DNA of 64,000 nucleotides from Trichoplax adhaerens (lineage: Eukaryota > Animalia > Placozoa). Under the pieces are notes generated by a model, which saw only the letters and a program-made list of their open reading frames with translations, did no database searches and had not been told where the DNA came from. The stretch is taken from the NCBI RefSeq assembly GCF_000150275.1, contig NW_002060949.1, positions 5,365,767 through 5,429,766 of the forward strand, written 5' to 3'. How positions within the stretch are numbered: the stretch's first letter is position 1; the number at the start of each line of letters is the position of its first letter. The position numbers and the translations under genes were made by a program. This document shows positions 54,007 through 64,000 of the stretch, piece by piece.

Positions 54007-57000
54007 ATGGGTATATTAACTAACGGAACACCCTTAACTTGGGATGAAATTAAAGAGTATATAACTCTTATTAAAAGTCAAGGAATTCGCCAGTTTATTT
54101 CACTTTATCATCGATTATCAAACCGTCCAAATGACATATTAAAATGGGGCGATGAGGTAAAATTATATTATTGATACAGGCGTATGGTAATGGATTAATA
54201 TTTAATTATTCTTTAAGATTTTATAATACTCTTATCGATGGAATGAAATGGATTGATGGTTAATTACAGCACTTTGATGTCTCTTGCTGTAAACGGTACT
54301 TATGTAAAACAAGTAGAACATCGATTTTTATAGATTTCCCACAGTTTAAATTGTAAAATATCCCATTTCACACTGCAAAAGAATCATGTATCAGGATGCT
54401 GTACAAATTACTAACTGAAATCAAACAGTTATCTAGCGTTAACATCATTAATTAATAGTGTAGTGAAATGAAATATGTAGAAATCAAGCTACAAAACTTC
54501 TAACAAACTTTGATTCTACTTTCTTGGCACTCTGGTAGACTTAACGAAACTTTGACATCAAATAAAAATTGAAGAAACAACCGATTAACAATTTATTAAG
54601 AAAACGTGAGAGAGACAGGTCAAACAACCTTCCAAATACTTAATTCTAAGTATTATAAGTAAAGAAATAAAAAAAAGCGACAGAACTGAAAGTATCAACA
54701 ACCCAACAAAAAGAAGAACTTTTTCACTTACAACAGTTCGACCCCGAAGGCCTTTAAAATTCAACAAGTTCTTTAAAAGAATCTTCTTTTACTCTCTACT
54801 CTAAATTTTCTGATTGCACTATTATTTATAAGCTTCGCAGAGCCCTCAGTGGTATTTAAAACTAAACATTTATTAAGTAATCACTCTTAAGATCCATTTT
54901 AGAGAACTACTTTGTACCACTTAGGAAACAAAATCATTCAAAGTTCAGACACAATTTACCTTATGATTCCCTTACAAAACACTATAAAACCAACAAATTA
55001 ACTATAAAATACATCAAGCTTCACTTCTAACATAATTCTTAATCATTCATACATTATAAAAGTCTAAAAATTAACCTTTAAACATCAAGATTTAGTCATA
55101 AAAATAACAGTCTAACTACTTAACAATCAACACAACCTCTGCTATTTGCCATCTTATTTTCTATTTTCTGAGCTAAACTTTCCTAATATAACTTTCATGT
55201 CACGTCATAAAATTTCAAAGTTTCAAATTCACAACAAAAAGTTCAAATTTCAAAAATCAACTCTTACAACATTTTCCAAAAATTAAAATCCAAAAATTAG
55301 TGGATAGATAATCAATGGATTACAGTAATAATTTAGCAACATCCAGTATCAAATGTTCTATACATAGTATCGTCTCATTGGCGTTTTATATAGTCGTAAC
55401 CGAAGCCAAACATTTACTAAATGTTAATTTTAATAAATAAATTAATGTTATCTGTAAATAATGATCGAGAAAATTTAAGGTCACTATTATTACTGTAATG
55501 GGTAACTATACGCGTACATATTAGCCTGCGTTAACAGGTAGATAAATAGATAGATAATCAATATAATACAGTAGCGTTTTAGCAACAACTAATATCAAAC
55601 AATCTACTATATATACAATGTCATTCATAAGAGCATTACCAATTCATGACGCTGTCTCAACTGATATTAAAACATTTCAGTTAACCTTTAACATCATCGA
55701 TTAATTGATGAACGTCGTAAGTAAATAAAGATTGAGAAAGTCCACGATCATAATCTATTATACAGAATATCATTCATGACAACCTAATCGCAACGGTCTA
55801 TCTAAACAAAGAGAACAGTTGTCAATTATCAGTTGTGTATCAATTTGCTTGATTTTAGTCATCTAATTTTATTTAATATACAATTACTTAATCTAATAAA
55901 ATATACTGATGATTGTAGTCCACTAGTAACGCAATAGTATTACCGTAATTACGATCACAGTTAAATTAAATTATTCTATTGTTATCAATTTTCTTCATTA
56001 TATCGTTTTGAAAGTCTGCTATTTTTTTCAATTTGATATTGTCTTGTAGCTGGAATACATGGTTGTCAAATTTGATCACGAAAATAAAACTGCAAGACTG
56101 TACTGTGAGGTCGATCAATATCTTGATATATTACAAAACTTCGAAAGAGAAAATCCCGGGTAATGCATATTCTTCTGCTAATTGTATCATATAGTTTATT
56201 TGTATAAATATTAAATGTACTATGGAACTAGTCAAAAATTATGATCATATGATGATAAATATTCATAGTAAATAAGTAATACATGTCTCAACATTGAATT
56301 GTTGATGTTACATACTGAAAGATACAAAAATTTAGATATTGCGCTTACATTATCACTGAATATTTTATAACAGATTAAAAATAATTAAATAAACATTACT
56401 AGATATTTTGTCCATTTCAAACGATAAATAGGAAACGATGCAATCTTTTCTAGCCTTAGCGATTACAGTAACATGAAAATGAACTAATAAACACTAGTAG
56501 ATATATTACGCAACGTAATAGATAGATGAGAGAAGACGGAATCTCTTTCAGACTTGATAATGATAAACAAAATATAAAACAAGATGTAATTATAACAAAA
56601 TTCGTCTAGTAATCGCCTATTCCTCATTGCGCTCTTGTCAACGCCCTTTACAACATAAACTGTATTCTTAACGCCAATCCAATATACTATAATGTCAGCT
56701 AATCAAATATTGCATCATTAATCGATTCTATTCTAAACTTACTCTTCACATCACAATAGTGTATTAAATCAACCGTAGGATCAATACTTACTATAAGTAT
56801 AAGCTAAGATGTAATGCAAGATTAAACTATTCAAGCCCTAATCACATAAAATTTACATCAATATCTTACTACAATAATAATTCGATCTTTCTATGATTGA
56901 AAGTTTATTTTAAATGGATATGATTATTAACCTCAACATTATTTAATTGGTTGAAACTGATTGAAAAAGTTAACTCATTTTTATTACTTTACTTAATATT

Positions 57001-60000
57001 AAAATAGCGCCAGTCCTACCTCATGGAAGCCTGAGTTTACTAGTTATATGTTGGAAGGTGATAATTTAATTTATGCTACATCTAAGATGACTTATTCTAA
57101 CATATTGGGCATCAATCAATGTTAAGCATAGACAAGAATAAGAACAAGAACAAGAAAAGCCAAAGTCTATCTTTGGAAGATGCATAGTTCAATGCAAAAT
57201 GTGCATATGAAACTAACGATGTCATTTCTCCCTTTTTAATTCTTAGCTTCACCAGGACAACCATATTTAGGTGATTTAGCACAAATCAATAGCGTTGAAG
57301 CTAATATGAAGCGAAGACGTCGTGAAGTTATTGATTTGCTTGATGAAGACATTGTACCTATTACTCTAACTGCCTTTCCCAGGTCTCTTCAAACTATTGT
57401 ATTGCAATACGCATGTAATTATATTTAAAATTGTTTTCTTAGTGATTATTCATAAAAGTATATCAAGCTGGATCTCAAATACTAATTGATTAATTTGTTA
57501 TGAATTAGGTTGGGTTGTCCAAATTTTACATATCCTGCTTACGAACCTGATACAAATAAGAGGTCTTCAGCTCCATCTCTCTTTTTTCCGTGGGAGGTTG
57601 TTGGCTCACATCCTCGATTTAAGTAAGAAAGTAATTGTAGAATTATGGAATTGATCTTAAATTCGGTGAAGAAGAACTTTTACTTTCTTAAATTAGGTCC
57701 TTTTCTCAAAATATATATCTCCGTCGGGGATCTAAAGTAGCTATCAATGTACCGGGTAAATTTCAATAAAAATATATCGTACTTTTTGATTAGTTCAGGC
57801 AAAATCCCCACTATACGTTGATAATAAACGTGATTTTTCAAATTTCAGTATTCCGTGACGTCAATACACCAAAACCTTTCGTAGAACATCTCCAATATGG
57901 CGAAGAGGCTATTGATGGCAAAGAAGATCACATATATTTAGATGCAACAGGACATGGACATGGCAACTCTTGTCTGCAGGTAGTAAATACTCGTATCTAG
58001 TTATGTAGATTAATGAAAAGTATTGTAGCTACTATTCATTTCGGTATCTTTTTTAATCAACGTTATTTACTGATTTATGGTACTAACTAGGTGACTCTCC
58101 AGGCTTACAATGTTGATGAGGCAAGACTGTTATATGATCAACTTTGTCCTATATGCCCAATTGTGGTAAAATATTGAAAAATTAAATTTGCTATTGGTGA
58201 TATACTCATAAACATAGGTAATCATGTGCACGTAAAATTAAGAATGATAGTCATGTATTACTTAATAATATATTTATAGTTGGCATTATCAGCTGCATCG
58301 CCTATATATCGTGGCTTCTTGTCTGATGTAGATTGTAGATGGAATATCATTTCGCAATCCGTTGATGATAGAACTAAAGAAGAACGCGGTTTAGAAGTAA
58401 GAACAAAGTCATATTTTTAAAAATATCTTATCGGCTTATCATAATTAAAAAAACAACTGTAATATTGAGTGATACCATAATTACTTATATTGAATTTTTT
58501 TATTGCATATAATAGCCACTTAAAAATAATAAACATCGAATACCGAAATCTCGATATGATTCTGTAGACTATTATCTGTCTCCAGAAGGACAAGCGTATA
58601 ACGATATTGAATTAGTTTACGATAAAGAATTTTGTGAACAGCTAGAGAAGGCTGGCGTGGACTCAATATTAGCTCGTCATATTGCTCATTTATTTATCCG
58701 GGAGCCTATATCAGTCTTTAAAGAATTACTAGAACAAGATGATTTAAAAGATTCAGATCACTTTGAGGTAATAATTCATAATAAAGTAAAATAGCACTTT
58801 ATAAGATCATATTAAGTTTAAGATAAATAATGTATGCATATTAAGATTATTATAGCGAATAATCTAATTCTTACGTCGTATAAATAATGATAATTATAAC
58901 ATTATAACTGTACAGTACTTATTTTATGTATTTTTTACACCTTCGCTAGAATATACAATCTACAAATTGGCAAACGATGCGCTTTAAGCCTCCGCCGCTA
59001 GATGCTGATATTGGTTGGAGAGTAGAATTCAGACCGTGTGAAGTAAGTAATTTAGATAGACAAATAGTATAAACTAGTAATTGGTAGAGTGAAGTTAATT
59101 TCAATCTAAAAGGGGAGTTAGATAATTAATTCTATTTTAAACTCAAGGTTCAGCTAACGGAATTCGAGAATGCTGCTTTTGCAGCGTTTATCATATTACT
59201 GACTCGAGTAATTCTAACATATGGACTAAATTTTTATATGCCAATATCAAAGGTAAAGTGAATACTAAATCTTTTTTAAGTGTTCCTAAATACTATTGTA
59301 CTGTCTCACTTCTTATCAGTAGATGTAATTAATTGAACGTGAAAATGTATCGAACGATTTGATCTAATCGATAGGTCGATGAAAATATGCAAACAGCACA
59401 AAAGAGAGATGCAGTTCGTAATGGCATGTTTTATTTCAGGAAAGATCTTGGAAAAGGTAAACGATTTCGAATTACGACATATTTAAATAAGTAATAATAG
59501 ATTTATCATAATTATCATTGGAGATAATATTAATAGAGATACCTTTCTGAAATAACATCTAGCACCATCAACTAGTAGCCCACCAGACGAAAGCGAATAT
59601 GAACTTATGTCGATTAATACGATTATTAACGGGAAGGTATGTCGATTTCAGTCAGATTGGTTATAGTAGTAATTACAAACTAGTATTTTCGTTAATAGAG
59701 TAATAAATATAAAATTTTGAACATATTTTACAGGCTGACGGCTTTCCTGGTCTTGTTCCTTTGATAAATGACTATTTGGCTAGTTTATCTATTGATGTTG
59801 ATACTCGGTACTCATTATATAGATATTTATCGTTAATTCAAAAGAGAGCTTCTGGTTAGTTATGGGATAATAATTATTATTATTTATTTTATATATAAAT
59901 TATGTACTAAGTATCTTGAATTAATTTGGATTTATTTATGTATTATATTATAGGCGAGCTAAAGACAACAGCTAAGTGGATGAGAGATTTTGTAGCTAGT

Positions 60001-60153
60001 CATCCGGACTATAAAAAAGATTCTGTCGTCTCTGAAAAGATTAATTACGATTTACTGTACGCGTGTAACGAAATAGTACAGGGCAAACGTCAAGAATCAG
60101 ATTTTATTGACAATATGGAATCGAAAACTATAGATAGTTTTTCTACTACATAA
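54007..60153 (+). CDS. GCLC: Glutamate-cysteine ligase catalytic subunit, copy 2 (divergent substrate pocket)
   Basis: Same exon structure as copy 1; no stop or frameshift seen in the exons read. [27 protein letters not shown] and [20 protein letters not shown]. Confidence 0.93.
54490..55299. mobile_element. A/C-skewed insertion in GCLC copy 2 intron 1; dispersed repeat
   Basis: No counterpart in copy 1 intron 1; 55042-55299 matches the reverse complement of 61218-61472. Confidence 0.6.
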
Positions 60154-61217
60154 GAAAGAAATTCATAGTAAAACGAGTACAAGCAAATCATATATTGATT
60201 TGTATTGGGATGATTCTCGCTTAACTAGAGAACAAGTTTTTATAGACCACGATAATATATAGAAAGCTACGATACTTATAGTAATAACCATTATGCTATA
60301 CATGTTTTTATATTTACATTATACCGTTGAGTTATGAGGTAACTTTTAATAGCTTATACAAAATGTTATAAGACTATTATATTGATATTATCATTTACTC
60401 ATTGTGTTCATCGATTTTACAGTAGCTAGCAAAAAGTAATATCTTCTAAAGTTACAGTTACGTAACTTTATTTTGCATTATATATCGTCGGTAACAATCA
60501 ATACATTGTTACTTTCATTTTATTATAATATTAATTATCTTCATGTACTCATACGTATTATTGCAAAATTATAAAGAATGAAGTTGCAATTGTGTAACTT
60601 AACTTACGTTATGTATCGTGGTGATAATATGTTGTTATTTTCATTTTATTATGATATTAATTGTAGTAAAGGACTAAAAATTAGAGTCCTTTGTAGCTTT
60701 TAGTATGCAATATTATTTTACTATAGAAAATACCTAGAAAGTGATAGTGTCTTTAAGTTTTACCCTGCCAAATCATCATGTCGCCATCTTTTCTTCTTCA
60801 TTATTTTACAAGGTATTATATAGATTACTATAGAAATTGTCCGAGAGCAATTGCCTAACCTAAAGAAAGGGGGTTTGATCGTCTATTCAAATTGTAAAGG
60901 AATTTGACTTAGTAACAAAACCCTATCCTTAGAGAAAGGGGATTTATGACATGACGGTAAAGTACTGTAATGTAGTCTATAATCGTAGAGTTACCGTACA
61001 ATCTGACGCTAAAACATCAACTGTCAATACTCGCGAATACTCAGCGATACTAATGTCAGAAAAGTAGTCGTAATAGTCATATAAATTTTTTTGATAAGCG
61101 GTTACTGTGATCTTTATAAAAACCGCATTTTTCGGATTCGGATTCCGGAACCGGTCGGATTTATGTCCGATATAATTTTCCTGTTTTAATTTATGTCTGA
61201 TATAATTTTTTCTGTTG

Positions 61218-61472
61218 TAATTTTTGGATTTTAGTTTATGAAAAATATCGTGAGTTGATTTTTGAAATTTGAACTTTTTGTTATGAATTTGAAACTTTGG
61301 AATTTTATGACGTGACTTGAAAGTCACATTAGGAAAGTTTAGTTAGAAAAATAGAAAATAAGGTGGAAATTGGCAGAGGTTGTATTGATTGTTAAGTAGT
61401 TAGAATGTTATTTTTATGACTAAATCTTGATGTTTAAAGGTTGATTTTTAGACTTGTATAGTGTATTAATGA
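61218..61472 (-). repeat. Inverted copy of the dispersed repeat at 55042-55299; runs into the N gap
   Basis: The reverse complement reads ...AACCTTTAAACATCAAGATTTAGTCATAAAAATAAC...GTCACGTCATAAAAT...AAAAAGTTCAAATTTCAAAAATCAACTC...AAAATCCAAAAATTA, as in 55042-55299. Confidence 0.85.
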
Positions 61473-61473
61473 T

Positions 61474-61523
61474 NNNNNNNNNNNNNNNNNNNNNNNNNNN
61501 NNNNNNNNNNNNNNNNNNNNNNN
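61474..61523. other. Assembly gap (50 N)
   Basis: Run of N. Confidence 1.
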
Positions 61524-61828
61524 TTCTTGAGCACTTGAATGGTTGTTTCTATTGTCGTATTCATACAGTAAGTATAATCGTCCAAGAATTTAATGTGTCT
61601 GAGAAAAGAATAAGATAGAGAACAAAAACTGCCCATAATTAATATACTGTAAGCAATAAAAGGGTACACTGCAAAGTGTGGCAATGCAGTAAAATATTCT
61701 GATTACCCCCTCCATTAATCTCGTTTCGGAGAAAATTCAAGGTAATTCATTATCCATTTCCTTACGATTTTAAGTCCAGTTCACGCCACGCCCCTGGAAT
61801 AGTGGTCTTCTATACTGTAGTACTGTGA

Positions 61829-62194
61829 TAGACCACTCTTACAGGGGCGTGGCAAGCCCTCTAAAAGATGTTCATCTCTATTATACAGTACTGTACGGCG
61901 TATAGTGTACACTGTACAGTCGAGACCCTTTAGATTGTACACTATACAGCACAGTACTGTACTGTACTGTACAGTATGTCTTTGAATTGTGAAGAAATGT
62001 AGTTTAAATTTGGCTCTAATTCCAAGCAGATAGATCAATACAACTTTGAGCCATTGGCTCTTGATATTTTGATTACTTTTTATCGCAGTATTGCATAATT
62101 GTGTTTCTTTCAAGTTTCTAATACAAACGATAAGTCGCTGTTGCATATTCGGTCGCTCCAGCCATTTTACAAGTCACGTCGTAATACCGGTCTG
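61829..62194 (-). mobile_element. Second copy of the MITE-like element, inverted, with an internal TACAG expansion
   Basis: The reverse complement begins CAGACCGGTATTACGACGTGACTTGTAAAA and continues GTTTGTATTAGAAACTTGAAAGAAA...ATCAAGAGCCAAT as in 30191-30484. Confidence 0.82.
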
Positions 62195-62577
62195 TATTGT
62201 ACAGTACTGTATATCCTGTAAAGCAAAAGATCGAAAGCAACAGCATGATGGAGAGACAGACAGACAGTGGCTTGAAGTTTTTAAATTTGCCTTTACGGTA
62301 GTGTTTCATGTCGGAAAGTTTATTTATGATTAATAAAAGGCTACTAACTATTGTCTATCCAGGCATTAGACCAGAGTCACCAGACCATAAACATTTCTAC
62401 TGTACAGTACAGTAGTACTGTCTAGTTAGTACACACTCTACAGTATGTACTGTAGAGTATACCAGTGAGATTATTATTCCACTCACCGGTGATGATAATG
62501 GTAACTTTGGCGCAAAAGCCGTGTTCAAAATGACAACATTGATGATACACACGGATGTACTACTGTCCTTGCTGCCT

Positions 62578-63164
62578 NNNNNNNNNNNNNNNNNNNNNNN
62601 NNNNNNNNNNNNNNNNNNNNNNNNNNNNNNNNNNNNNNNNNNNNNNNNNNNNNNNNNNNNNNNNNNNNNNNNNNNNNNNNNNNNNNNNNNNNNNNNNNNN
62701 NNNNNNNNNNNNNNNNNNNNNNNNNNNNNNNNNNNNNNNNNNNNNNNNNNNNNNNNNNNNNNNNNNNNNNNNNNNNNNNNNNNNNNNNNNNNNNNNNNNN
62801 NNNNNNNNNNNNNNNNNNNNNNNNNNNNNNNNNNNNNNNNNNNNNNNNNNNNNNNNNNNNNNNNNNNNNNNNNNNNNNNNNNNNNNNNNNNNNNNNNNNN
62901 NNNNNNNNNNNNNNNNNNNNNNNNNNNNNNNNNNNNNNNNNNNNNNNNNNNNNNNNNNNNNNNNNNNNNNNNNNNNNNNNNNNNNNNNNNNNNNNNNNNN
63001 NNNNNNNNNNNNNNNNNNNNNNNNNNNNNNNNNNNNNNNNNNNNNNNNNNNNNNNNNNNNNNNNNNNNNNNNNNNNNNNNNNNNNNNNNNNNNNNNNNNN
63101 NNNNNNNNNNNNNNNNNNNNNNNNNNNNNNNNNNNNNNNNNNNNNNNNNNNNNNNNNNNNNNNN
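62578..63164. other. Assembly gap (587 N)
   Basis: Run of N. Confidence 1.
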
Positions 63165-63383
63165 GCGTTTGCAAGAAAACGCCACAGTTGGAAGTTTTGC
63201 CTGAGAAGGAGAAGAAGGCGCAAAAAGCAAATCCAAAACGTCGGGGAGCTAAATTATCGCATTGATTTAAGCCAATATCGATTGGAGACATCAAGTCTTG
63301 TAGTTTCTAATTGAATCTATACGATTCCTATCGACGAGTGTATCGATATACTGAAGAGAATAGAGAGGAAAGTACTGTAAATC

Positions 63384-63760
63384 ATGTTTTATGCTCATTT
63401 AATCTTATCTAAGAAAGGCCCTTTGGCCAAGGTATGGTTAGCTGCTCATTGGGATAAGAAGTTAACCAAAGCTCAAATTTACGAAGCGGATGTCAAATCA
63501 TCTGTAGATAGTATTAAATCACCTCAAGTCAAGATGGCACTCAGAACAAGTGGTCATCTCTTGCTAGGTGTAGTACGTATCTATTCACGCAAAGCCAAGT
63601 ACTTATTGACCGATTGTAGCGATGCATTTGTCAAGATTAAAATGGCCTTTAGGCCAGGTGTTAACGTCGATTTACCAAAGGATAGTGAAGAAGCAGCTGC
63701 CAACGCTGTGACCTTACCTGAAGTTTTCCATGATTTCAACCTTTTAGATGGCAATCAAAG
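63384..63760 (+). CDS. RAD21: Cohesin kleisin RAD21, first coding exon; the gene continues past the window
   Basis: [30 protein letters not shown]...[25 protein letters not shown]; likely donor AG|GTACAA at 63761. Confidence 0.95.
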
Positions 63761-64000
63761 GTACAACAGTTCATCTTTAATCGGATAACACGAATAGCTA
63801 CAACGGATAAGAATAAACTTAAAATTAGGCTAGACTCGATTTAAAAAAAAAAAATGGATGCAATCAGTCAACTTTTGTCCAAATGTTGAAAATGTCCTCA
63901 CTACACATTACAACTGCCATTTTCTGTTGAAAATACTCAATACAGTATGAAGAAAATCTCACCCTATTCTTACCATATTCAATCATTTTTAGTTGAAAAT

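Noticed and set aside
54585-54767. Hydrophobic 60-aa ORF suggesting a membrane peptide or numt
   Set aside because: Explained by the T-rich skew of the repeat; no recognisable mitochondrial protein motif.
45198-60153. GCLC pair as uncollapsed alleles
   Set aside because: The 5' exons and introns are far too diverged for alleles; only the 3' tract could be an artefact.
16996-60153. CCS plus GCLC as an antioxidant gene cluster
   Set aside because: They are separated by four unrelated genes and no shared regulatory element was found.
60977-62333. 116-aa and 121-aa ORFs as possible transposases
   Set aside because: They lie in non-coding repeats; no DDE or other motif, and the homologous copies do not appear to keep the frames.
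62397-63294. Long ORFs of 227-279 aa
   Set aside because: Artefacts of translating through the N gap.

Overview
AT-rich, gene-dense eukaryotic DNA with many short GT-AG introns. It is most likely from a placozoan (Trichoplax-like), inferred from the short introns, early-branching metazoan proteins and abundant ACAGT/TACAG repeats. Gene order: a disabled Rab32/38 paralog (+), PREP (-), intact Rab32/38 (-), CCS (+), FAM8A1-like (-), WDR35/IFT121 (-), PDCD2L (+), RFC1 (-), two tandem GCLC genes (+) and the first coding exon of RAD21 (+). Non-coding features include two copies of a TIR-bounded MITE-like element, a second dispersed repeat, many local tandem duplications and two N gaps. The main finding is the GCLC pair. 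Copy 1 is canonical and has an extended ARE upstream. Copy 2 has an intact reading frame and keeps the metal- and glutamate-binding residues, but several cysteine-pocket residues are replaced, and the Cys553-equivalent is Tyr inside an otherwise homogenised 1.2 kb tract. It is therefore a candidate neofunctionalised gamma-glutamyl ligase. Comparisons with yeast and human proteins rely on recalled sequences and residue numbering and need confirming by alignment.
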